Of a DNA stretch of 32,000 bases, positions 19,425 to 25,376 are shown one piece after another. The notes under the pieces are model-generated. The model was not told the origin of the DNA, made no database searches, and was given only the letters and a program-made list of their open reading frames with translations. Every line of letters starts with the position of its first letter. The stretch's first letter is position 1. Made by a program: the position numbers and the translations under genes. Source of the DNA: Desulfobulbus propionicus DSM 2032 (GTDB taxonomy: Bacteria > Desulfobacterota > Desulfobulbia > Desulfobulbales > Desulfobulbaceae); NCBI RefSeq assembly GCF_000186885.1, contig NC_014972.1:1500001-1532000 (forward strand), read 5' to 3'.

Positions 19425-20741
19425 GGGAATCTTGAAATTTAGCTTAGCAAGCCCCGGCACCATTCACCGACAATTTTATTCACAAAGACCATGCTCTTCT
19501 GGCTTTTAATCCGATCGGTTTTGCACCTTGGCGGTGCCTCGCTCTGTGCTCGATGGCGGTCTTTTGCCAGTTTGCCGCACTCCGGGCACACTTCACCTGC
19601 TTGCAGCCAGAAGCATCCCCATTCGGTCAATGTTATACACCAAGTTGCGCAAGCCGATCTTTGCTCGGGCTCGGGCTATGCCGATCGTGCGCAACAGTAC
19701 ATTCCCCGCTCGCTGCGCCTGTACACCAAAGACATGCTCGATTCGCGAACGGACCTTGGATCTGGTTCGGTTGCCCTCCTGTTCTCTGGGCGTCAAGGGA
19801 CGATTGCGGCTCCCCTTGCGTTGGATGTGTTCACGAAAACCATCCTGGCCGAGGCGCTCCAATCGATCCGCGGATCGATAGGCCGAATCCGCCCAGACGT
19901 CCTTGCTCGTATTGTCGGCAAGGAGTTGCTCGAACACGTTGCTGTCGTGCAGGGCCGCATCGGTCACGGCATAGCTGCGAATCAACTTGTGCTTCACATC
20001 CACCGAGATGTGGTTCTTGTAGCCGTAATAAGACTTGCCGTTCTTCTTGGTCCAGCGCGCGTCCGCGTCTTTTCTACGCCGCTTGTTCTCGGACCAGTTC
20101 TCCGGGATGTCGCCCTCTTTGATCCGGGCATTTTCCTCCCGGCTGTTCCGCTGTTTGGGCACGCTGACAATGCTGGCATCCACGATCTGCCCTTTCATCG
20201 CCATGAAGCCGTTGTCCCGGAGATGCGCATCGAAGGTCGCAAACAGTTCCTCTACAATGCCGGCCTTGACGAGGTCTTCCCGAAAACGCCAGATGGTGGT
20301 GGCATCGGGAACCTTCTGGCTGATGTGCAGACCAAGAAAGCGCCCAAAGGAGTGCCGGTCGAGAATCTGAAACTCGGTCGCGTCATCCGACAGATTGTAC
20401 AACGACTGCAGGATGAGAATCTTAAACAGCAGGATGACGTCGTACCCCTTCGGCCCGACCGTAGACTGCCGGCCCTTGTCCCTGGCCTTTTCGAGCGCAG
20501 GACGAAACATCTCCCAGTTGACCGTCTCGTTGATCTTGGCAAGTGGGTCGCCGTTCTTGTCGATTTTGTGCAATCGGTCCTGCAAATCAAAAAAGCCGGG
20601 CTGGATCATGGCTGATCTCCATCGGGTGATGGTTGGCGGATGCGGCCTTAAAACGATGAAGAATGTAACATATTTACACAAAATCAACAATTTGATAGTT
20701 AAACTTGTCGCAGGCTACTGCATTTAATTTTCAAGAAACCC
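19425..20741 (-). mobile_element. IS5-family insertion sequence (1317 bp)
   Basis: Terminal inverted repeats GGGAATCTTGAAATTT (19425-) and GGGTTTCTTGAAAATT (reverse complement of -20741). Flanking 4-bp direct repeat TAAA at 19421-19424 and 20742-20745. A single DDE transposase ORF. Host-like GC content inside an AT-rich phage. Confidence 0.8.
19593..20609 (-). CDS. IS5-family DDE transposase
   Basis: Start at MIQPGFFDLQDRLHKIDKNGDPL. Contains an InsH-type N-terminal region (ILLFKILILQSLYNLSDDATEFQILDRHSFGRFLGL) and DDE-region motifs (IVDASIV, DARWTKKNGKSYYGYKNH, WADSAYRS, RSRIEHVFG). Confidence 0.9.
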   Translation of the reverse strand: MIQPGFFDLQDRLHKIDKNGDPLAKINETVNWEMFRPALEKARDKGRQSTVGPKGYDVILLFKILILQSLYNLSDDATEFQILDRHSFGRFLGLHISQKVPDATTIWRFREDLVKAGIVEELFATFDAHLRDNGFMAMKGQIVDASIVSVPKQRNSREENARIKEGDIPENWSENKRRRKDADARWTKKNGKSYYGYKNHISVDVKHKLIRSYAVTDAALHDSNVFEQLLADNTSKDVWADSAYRSADRLERLGQDGFREHIQRKGSRNRPLTPREQEGNRTRSKVRSRIEHVFGVQAQRAGNVLLRTIGIARARAKIGLRNLVYNIDRMGMLLAASR

Positions 20742-20793
20742 TAAATTTTTGAAAGCAATTACAATAAGATTTCCAAGTTCTTGAAGTCCCATT

Positions 20794-22311
20794 TCATTTT
20801 CCTCGTAAATCAACGCCAACGTAAAGATAAATTAATAGAACAATGGTTGAGATTGTGATGCCAAGTGCAAAAAGAGACCTAACCATTTGAGCAATGTTAT
20901 CAAATGAACTTAGATCAATTGTTATATTTTTACCGTATATAGAATATGTGTAAACGGGTGCTGATCCTGAACCTTTGAAGTCAGAATAAATATCTTTGAA
21001 TGTTGATCGAAGAGAAAAGGGGAATTTTGTGGTGAATTGGGAAAAATGTGAAGCTATACCTTCATAATCAAACTTCCCCTCAACATATTGATAGGAACCT
21101 GTCCAGCCATCACTATTATCAACGTCTCCATCTCCATCGGTATCTGATCCAGAAACGGAGGTAGAAGAACCGCCACCGGTAGAAGTGTCACCATCACCAT
21201 AATAATTATTAGTTGTATTGTTTGTTGTTGAATTATCAATAGTTTGATTGACTTCATTAAAATCGCTTGCAAGTTCCCACTGTCCATTAGACATACACTC
21301 GCAAATCATGTGTTTATTTTCACTACAAGCAAAATTTTTTATTAAAGCAGAAGAACCGCATGAGGAAGAACATTTTGATTTGAGATCATCACAAGTTTTA
21401 TCTAAATCCATGAGTCCTACATCTTCGCCTTTTTGCTCAGTGGTGGGAAAAACTTGTTCTGCGTCATCAGCAGTAGTGTTTTCAGTAAGTATTTCGGAAT
21501 CACCACTATCAGAAGTATCTTTTTCACAAACTGAGTCGGTACATTGGTCAACTGAAGAAACAGTGTTACATTTTATTGTGTGGAGCTTATCAGGAGTGGC
21601 AAGATAGGTCACACGACCACCAGCGGCGAAAAATGATTTTTCATCAATATAAGAAGGAAATGAACCGATAGAATAAACAAGACCAGGAAACTTTTCTGGA
21701 TAATTATAAGCGGAATAGATGCTGATCATATCGTAGTTATCATTTTGAGCAGAATAACTAATGATACCAGCAACAACAGTTCCGTCTGATAATTCGTACC
21801 AACCTTTTAGATATTTTGTTCCGGCAACAGTAGAATCATACGGGTTATCATCACAAACATCACAAAGACCATCAGAATCGGAATCGAGACAATCAACAGT
21901 GCAACCAGGTTTTGCGGCAAAAAAAGACGCAGTTACATTTGAAGAAACAGAAATAATTCCTTGTGAAAGAAGAGTAGAAAAGCACTCGGGTGTTACAGTC
22001 ATCAATCCACCGATAACAGAATAGGCCCATCGTGTTCCATTCCAAAACATTCCGTAAAGGGTTATTTTCCGCCAAGTATAACCGGAGGTAATAGTAACAG
22101 CGGAATAACTCATTTCGGTCTCGCCAATTGTCAAACGAACATCACCGACAAGATTGGTCTTAAGAGTCGAGCTCTCTACAACGCCGCCATCAATATAGAA
22201 CCACTGGGTACAAGAACCGGGGTAACCAGGTTCAACAGAATCAGCTTTGCAATTCAGGCAAAGTGCAAAAACTGAAACAAACCCGAGAAGAAACCAGAGG
22301 AAATTTTTCAT
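20794..22311 (-). CDS. pIII-like adsorption / minor coat protein
   Basis: 505 aa. Signal peptide MKNFLWFLLGFVSVFALCLNCKA. Cys-rich N-terminal domains. A DSDSDGLCDVCDDNP calcium-type repeat. A Gly/Ser/Asp/Thr-rich linker (GDGDTSTGGGSSTSVSGSDTDGDGDVDNSDG). C-terminal membrane anchor LFALGITISTIVLLIYLYVGVDLRGK, preceded by VYTYSIYGKNITIDLS, which resembles the M13 g3p C-terminus. Located directly after the coat gene. Confidence 0.7.
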   Translation of the reverse strand: MKNFLWFLLGFVSVFALCLNCKADSVEPGYPGSCTQWFYIDGGVVESSTLKTNLVGDVRLTIGETEMSYSAVTITSGYTWRKITLYGMFWNGTRWAYSVIGGLMTVTPECFSTLLSQGIISVSSNVTASFFAAKPGCTVDCLDSDSDGLCDVCDDNPYDSTVAGTKYLKGWYELSDGTVVAGIISYSAQNDNYDMISIYSAYNYPEKFPGLVYSIGSFPSYIDEKSFFAAGGRVTYLATPDKLHTIKCNTVSSVDQCTDSVCEKDTSDSGDSEILTENTTADDAEQVFPTTEQKGEDVGLMDLDKTCDDLKSKCSSSCGSSALIKNFACSENKHMICECMSNGQWELASDFNEVNQTIDNSTTNNTTNNYYGDGDTSTGGGSSTSVSGSDTDGDGDVDNSDGWTGSYQYVEGKFDYEGIASHFSQFTTKFPFSLRSTFKDIYSDFKGSGSAPVYTYSIYGKNITIDLSSFDNIAQMVRSLFALGITISTIVLLIYLYVGVDLRGK

Positions 22312-22333
22312 GATGAACGCAGGCAGGAAGGAA

Positions 22334-22353
22334 GGGGAGCCCGAAGGCTCCCC
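22334..22353 (-). terminator. GC hairpin with a UUCG tetraloop between the coat gene and the pIII-like gene (candidate attenuating terminator)
   Basis: GGGGAGCC-TTCG-GGCTCCCC on the minus strand, a perfect 8-bp stem, 6 nt after the coat stop. The tract that follows is pyrimidine-rich but is not a clean U-run. It occupies the position of the Ff terminator after gene VIII. Confidence 0.45.
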
Positions 22354-22359
22354 AGGTAG

Positions 22360-22503
22360 TTAATGACTACGAACCAGCATTTTGAAAAAGCCAATGCCGA
22401 TGACTACACCAAGGATGGTGCCCCAAATCGGCAGACCGGCGGTCAATGCGGTTCCAAGCTGTGTGGTGATCTCGGTTACTGCGTCAGCATACGATACGGT
22501 CAT
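22360..22503 (-). CDS. Major coat protein candidate (pVIII-like, 47 aa, no signal peptide; Pf3-type)
   Basis: Own translation: MTVSYADAVTEITTQLGTALTAGLPIWGTILGVVIGIGFFKMLVRSH. Acidic N-terminus, one hydrophobic helix, basic C-terminus. GGAGAA lies 8 nt upstream. Not in the ORF track because it is shorter than 60 aa. Confidence 0.65.
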   Translation of the reverse strand: MTVSYADAVTEITTQLGTALTAGLPIWGTILGVVIGIGFFKMLVRSH

Positions 22504-22526
22504 ATCTGCGTTCTCCAGTTGAGGTT

Positions 22527-22658
22527 TTAAAAAGCCCTATGGTTGTATGTGAACATTCCCCGGAAAACACCCCATACCCAGGCCGTCGAGTATGTGAACA
22601 ACCAAGTGAAAATTCCGAGGCTTAAACCGCCAACAAAGAGAGTCATATTAAGCGCCAT
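22527..22658 (-). CDS. Small hydrophobic protein (43 aa), pVII/pIX-like minor coat candidate
   Basis: Own translation: MALNMTLFVGGLSLGIFTWLFTYSTAWVWGVFRGMFTYNHRAF. ATG lies 1 nt after the upstream stop (TAGAATG). Confidence 0.4.
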   Translation of the reverse strand: MALNMTLFVGGLSLGIFTWLFTYSTAWVWGVFRGMFTYNHRAF

Positions 22659-22659
22659 T

Positions 22660-22788
22660 CTACGACCTCCATGTAACAGCGATTATCAAAGCGATGCCTA
22701 ACCCCAGGGCAAAGGATGAGACATCGACAAAGAATCCTTGTATGCTCGTTAATAGGTTGATGATTGTTTCCGCTTGCTCGCTCGTCAT
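22660..22788 (-). CDS. Small membrane protein (42 aa), minor or alternative coat candidate
   Basis: MTSEQAETIINLLTSIQGFFVDVSSFALGLGIALIIAVTWRS: acidic N-terminus, TM helix, basic end. This is the internal start of track ORF 22660-22893. The SD is weak. Confidence 0.4.
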   Translation of the reverse strand: MTSEQAETIINLLTSIQGFFVDVSSFALGLGIALIIAVTWRS

Positions 22789-22819
22789 GGCGATACCTAC
22801 AAAACCGGCAAACCCGCCG

Positions 22820-23005
22820 TTAAAGGCCGGTCTCGTCCCCTGCGACGGCGCGCGGGGCCGAGGCCGGGCCGTCAACGGCTCGGTTGCGATCAAAAACCGG
22901 GTGTTGATGGAGGCGCCGTATGAGTCTTAGGAAAAATCCAACGCAATCGTAAATCAACAGCGCCATCAAACAGCCTATGAACGATGCAAAAACAAGCGGT
23001 TCCAT
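22820..23005 (-). CDS. Hypothetical 61-aa single-TM protein
   Basis: MEPLVFASFIGCLMALLIYDCVGFFLRLIRRLHQ... The ATG overlaps the stop of the upstream gene (TAATG at 23003-23007). The C-terminal third is encoded by an unusually GC-rich patch. Confidence 0.35.
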   Translation of the reverse strand: MEPLVFASFIGCLMALLIYDCVGFFLRLIRRLHQHPVFDRNRAVDGPASAPRAVAGDETGL

Positions 23006-23298
23006 TATTTGACCGCCCAAAGATAATGGGGATAATGCCAACGGCCTTTTGAATCCTTCCATGGACGACATTGAACCTCGACGGAAATACTCAAATCGTC
23101 GCCAGGATTGCCGAGCTTGGACCGCGACATGATGCAATATTTGTTTGGATGCGAATAAGCGTCAGGTGCTGGGGTGGCCAATATGGATTCGATGATAGGA
23201 AAATTTTCCTTATCGGTGCCCACCTGTTGCGAGGCTTGAATACGGCCGGAAAGCCAGAGGGTGCCAGATTTAACTGGATTTTTTTCGTTGGTTGACAT
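23005..23298 (-). CDS. Candidate ssDNA-binding protein (pV-like) assigned by position and size only; 97 aa
   Basis: Start at MSTNEKNPVKSGTLWLSGRIQ with AAGGAG 8 nt upstream. It is the first sizeable gene before the small coat genes, as gene V is in Ff. I cannot assert any sequence-level match. Confidence 0.4.
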   Translation of the reverse strand: MSTNEKNPVKSGTLWLSGRIQASQQVGTDKENFPIIESILATPAPDAYSHPNKYCIMSRSKLGNPGDDLSISVEVQCRPWKDSKGRWHYPHYLWAVK

Positions 23299-23347
23299 GG
23301 TTTCAGCTCCTTGTTTTTTTGAATTTGTTGTGCATGACGGTGCTAAA

Positions 23348-23515
23348 TCATTGTTTGAAGCGGATAGTAAGATTGCGTTCCCTGTCCCGGAATCGTGACT
23401 CGACCAAGCGAAATTGCGGAGAGAGCATGGCGAATTGTGTGCAGAGCTCAGCATCAGAGAAACGCATGATTCTTTTCTTGAGTTCGTGAATCGCGGCGGG
23501 TTGGTTTGGTTTCAT
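23348..23515 (-). CDS. Hypothetical 55-aa protein, first ORF of the leftward phage operon (not in the ORF track)
   Basis: Own translation: MKPNQPAAIHELKKRIMRFSDAELCTQFAMLSPQFRLVESRFRDRERNLTIRFKQ. It faces the repressor gene across a 79-bp AT-rich region. Confidence 0.3.
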   Translation of the reverse strand: MKPNQPAAIHELKKRIMRFSDAELCTQFAMLSPQFRLVESRFRDRERNLTIRFKQ

Positions 23516-23594
23516 TTCGCGTTTTTCTTTAAAGTTTGATGTGTAGTAAAATAATAATTTCTATATATAGACATTTAATAGCGAGAATGTCGGC
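23516..23594. promoter_or_regulatory. Divergent promoter/operator region (candidate lysogeny switch)
   Basis: A 79-bp, very AT-rich spacer (…TAGTAAAATAATAATTTCTATATATAGACATTTAATAGCG…) between the XRE repressor (+) and the leftward phage operon (-). Confidence 0.45.
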
Positions 23595-24044
23595 ATGTCA
23601 ACAAAAATAAATGAAGAAGTGAAAAAAATAGGAAATAGACTAAAAGAATTCAGAGTTGAAAATGGTTTAACACTTGTTCAACTATCTGAATTAATAGGAA
23701 TTTCTCATGGATCATTGTCGGGGCTTGAGAATAACAAATCGAAACCATCAGCAGAAACTTTATCGAATTTATGTCTATATACAGAAATTGACATTGTTTG
23801 GTTGTTAACCGGAAGGAGGGAAAAGCCTATAGAAAGAAAAATACCGACAAGAAAATTTGAAATTTTTGAACAAGCAGAGGAGTGGCTACGAGAAGAAGTA
23901 CAAAAAAATCCGAAGAAAGAAATATGGTTCGAAGTAGAATTTGAGAAAACGTTTCAGGAGTTCAAAGAATGGAAAGAAGGAAAGGAAGGGAGAAGAAAAC
24001 TTGAATCGGAGGCTCTATCGTATAAAATAGCAGGAAATAACTAA
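23595..24044 (+). CDS. XRE/cI-family helix-turn-helix repressor
   Basis: N-terminal HTH_3 pattern: IGNRLKEFRVENGLTLVQLSELIGISHGSLSGLENNKSKPSAETLSNLCLYTEIDIVWLLTG. Followed by a charged C-terminal half. Confidence 0.85.
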   Translation: MSTKINEEVKKIGNRLKEFRVENGLTLVQLSELIGISHGSLSGLENNKSKPSAETLSNLCLYTEIDIVWLLTGRREKPIERKIPTRKFEIFEQAEEWLREEVQKNPKKEIWFEVEFEKTFQEFKEWKEGKEGRRKLESEALSYKIAGNN

Positions 24045-24062
24045 GTCGCAATAAGGTATAAC

Positions 24063-24374
24063 ATGGACGCATCGTTAGATAATCTCAACAACGAACCGGA
24101 CCAAGACAGAGAAAAATCAGAAAAAGAAATCAAGAAAAAGCTCAAAAGAATGGGGAATCCGGTATGGGGTTTTCTGTGGAGATTTTTCCTCTGTTGCGCT
24201 TTGATCGATATTCCCTTTTGGGCATATTTTCACTTCGTCAAAGGCGTGCCGATCCTGGTAGGGCTGCAACAAATAAGAAACGAAGTCCAAGAAAAATTTT
24301 ATACGCCAAAAGAACCCGAGCAGAAAAAAATTGTGAAATTCGATTTTCCACAGCCAACAAGAAAACCATCGTGA
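24063..24374 (+). CDS. Hypothetical membrane protein (103 aa)
   Basis: ORF with a charged N-terminus and a hydrophobic core (VWGFLWRFFLCCALIDIPFWAYFHFVKGVPILVGL). Lies downstream of the repressor on the same strand. Confidence 0.45.
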   Translation: MDASLDNLNNEPDQDREKSEKEIKKKLKRMGNPVWGFLWRFFLCCALIDIPFWAYFHFVKGVPILVGLQQIRNEVQEKFYTPKEPEQKKIVKFDFPQPTRKPS

Positions 24375-24401
24375 CAGCTAAAAAAGCAATCTCCGGAGGA
24401 G

Positions 24402-24599
24402 ATGCAAAAAAGAAACGCTGAAATGGCTATCAAAGCGGCAAGAGCTGAAGCAGAAAGAAAAGAGGCATTACGAAGACAAAGAGAAAGATACTCAGGGCCG
24501 ATATTCAGCTGGAGAAACGAGAAAGGGAATAAGGTTTATTCAAATGTAGGATTCCCACAAGACAGGCCATATACAGAAGCGACAATTGAGTACAAATGA
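24402..24599 (+). CDS. Hypothetical 65-aa protein (C-terminus faintly DUF4124-like)
   Basis: ORF only. A basic helical N-terminus is followed by FSWRNEKGNKVYSNVGFP, which resembles the W-x-D/N-x-x-G-x-x-x-YS motif. Confidence 0.35.
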   Translation: MQKRNAEMAIKAARAEAERKEALRRQRERYSGPIFSWRNEKGNKVYSNVGFPQDRPYTEATIEYK

Positions 24600-24649
24600 A
24601 GGCGTTGGAGGTGTCAGCGCTAAGGGAAAAGGAAACAATTCATTTTATA

Positions 24650-24728
24650 ATGTATCCCGCATGTATCACGGTTCCCCTGAAAGCCTTGATTTGTAAGGCG
24701 GGAGACGGGTTCAACTCCTGGGGCCAAG
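24650..24728 (+). repeat. Degenerate third copy of the att region (decayed arm-type repeats plus a decayed tRNA-Glu T-arm/acceptor)
   Basis: ATGTATCCCGC-ATGTATCACGG (11-bp period, compare GATGTACTTTT x2) is followed by ACGGGTTCAACTCCTGGGGCCAAG. That second stretch aligns to AGGGGTTCGAGTCCCCTTGGGGTCACCAAG of the 49-bp repeat, with about 21 of 24 positions matching and small gaps. Confidence 0.5.
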
Positions 24729-24791
24729 AAATGAGAGGTGAGGGAGAAACAACACCCGCAATTTGAACATGCAAGTTTATGCAAGTGTAAC

Positions 24792-24829
24792 GAAAAACGG
24801 CCACTCAGCTAGTATCAGCTAAGTGGCCG
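24792..24829 (-). terminator. Rho-independent terminator (minus-strand orientation)
   Basis: 13-bp stem CGGCCACTTAGCT/AGCTGAGTGGCCG, followed by TTTTT on the minus strand. One stem position is G-U on the minus-strand RNA but a C-A mismatch on the plus strand, which favours minus-strand function. Confidence 0.7.
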
Positions 24830-24837
24830 TAATTATT

Positions 24838-24867
24838 TGGTACCCGGAACGAGAATCGAACTCGTAC
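24838..24867 (-). pseudogene. 3' fragment of a non-Glu tRNA (T-arm, acceptor strand and ACCA), with no 5' half
   Basis: The minus strand reads GTACGAG-TTCGATT-CTCGT-TCCGGGT-A-CCA. The acceptor end resembles tRNA-Phe-type ...TCCGGGCACCA (from memory). No complementary 5' acceptor strand or canonical anticodon arm lies upstream. Confidence 0.6.
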
Positions 24868-24868
24868 A

Positions 24869-24925
24869 GCCAAAGGCCGAGGGATTAAAACGGCCTTGCG
24901 CCTAGCCCGAAACCTCACGGAGTAG
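24869..24925 (+). pseudogene. C-terminal stub of a RelE/ParE-superfamily 'addiction module killer' toxin (HigB-type partner of the downstream antitoxin)
   Basis: The frame ending at TAG 24923-24925 reads ...AKGRGIKTALRLARNLTE*, resembling the conserved toxin C-terminus (..KDIK.AK.LA..L). The stop lies 7 nt before the antitoxin ATG. The frame is closed by TAA just upstream of 24839, so at most 28 codons remain. Confidence 0.45.
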
Positions 24926-24932
24926 CCTGAAT

Positions 24933-25232
24933 ATGAGCAAAACTATTACCACACGCTATGACGTCAGCGAGCACCTCAGAACACCAGAGGAAATGGCCGC
25001 TTATCTTGAGGCATGTTTCGAGGAAGCCAATGGAGACGCCGCCTTTATTGCCAAGGCTCTCGGCGATATTGCCCGAGCTAAAGGAATGACACAGGTTGCA
25101 CGAGATGCAGGCCTGTCTCGTGAAAGCCTGTATAAAGCTCTCTCCGGCGAACGTAGCCCAGGATTTGATACAATCCTCAAAGTCATCGGTGCGCTTGGTT
25201 TGAAATTGCACGCTGAACCCAATCACGCATGA
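24933..25232 (+). CDS. higA: Addiction-module antidote protein (HigA family, HTH)
   Basis: 99 aa: MSKTITTRYDVSEHLRTPEEMAAYLEACFEEANGDAAFIAKALGDIARAKGMTQVARDAGLSRESLYKALSGERSPGFDTILKVIGALGLKLHAEP. This matches the characteristic pattern of the family. Confidence 0.85.
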   Translation: MSKTITTRYDVSEHLRTPEEMAAYLEACFEEANGDAAFIAKALGDIARAKGMTQVARDAGLSRESLYKALSGERSPGFDTILKVIGALGLKLHAEPNHA

Positions 25233-25265
25233 ATTGCCTTTGACGCTTGGTTAGTAACCATTTTT

Positions 25266-25288
25266 TGATGTACTTTTGATGTACTTTT
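25266..25288. repeat. Tandem 11-bp repeat, identical to 14530-14552 (candidate arm-type site on the attR side)
   Basis: TGATGTACTTTTGATGTACTTTT, an exact 23-bp match. Confidence 0.55.
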
Positions 25289-25376
25289 GAGGCAAAGTTA
25301 AAGCACATGAGCGTTTGATACGGCCTGTAACTATCTGAAAAACAAAGAAAAGGCTTTTTGGGGAACGCTCTTTTTA

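Larger units (their letters stand above)
19175..20792 (-). pseudogene. pVI-like minor coat / membrane protein gene, split by an IS insertion (17 codons at 20792-20742 plus 81 codons at 19420-19178)
   Basis: Removing 19425-20741 and one TAAA copy joins the two parts in frame. The result is a 98-aa hydrophobic ORF: MGLQELGNLIVIAFKNL/FWWILDLIANIAIGIIDFIAGLLPDYTIPAPSAVLSSFPIVPTLNWIFPVDHFVFCVSIIVVNMGISFVYGPLLRFVRIAK. It sits between the pIII-like and pI-like genes, as gene VI does in Ff phage. Confidence 0.6.

Noticed and set aside
19421-19445. Alternative reading of the IS boundaries: a 5-bp TAAAT duplication with IS ends at GCAGTAGCC.../...GCTTAGC, and the TCTTGAAA inverted repeats being a phage hairpin targeted by the IS.
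   Set aside because: The inner ends align poorly as inverted repeats. That excision leaves an in-frame TAA in the restored gene. The GGG...TCTTGAAA ends with a TAAA duplication restore an uninterrupted ORF.
19439-19630. 63-aa minus-strand ORF at the 3' end of the IS.
   Set aside because: It lies in an alternate frame overlapping the transposase 3' end and the inverted-repeat region, and has no supporting features.
24682-24728. Possible plus-strand tRNA (stem GCCTT / loop GATTTGT / stem AAGGC, then a T-loop-like GGGTTCAACTCC).
   Set aside because: There is no acceptor pairing, no D-arm, and position 33 of the loop is A. It is better explained as a decayed copy of the tRNA-Glu 3' att sequence.
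24838-24925. Possible functional tRNA or tmRNA on the minus strand.
   Set aside because: Only the T-arm, the 3' acceptor strand and ACCA are present. No complementary 5' acceptor strand exists. The nearest stem-loop has an 11-nt loop. There is no G3-U70 pair or tag-reading-frame context for a tmRNA.
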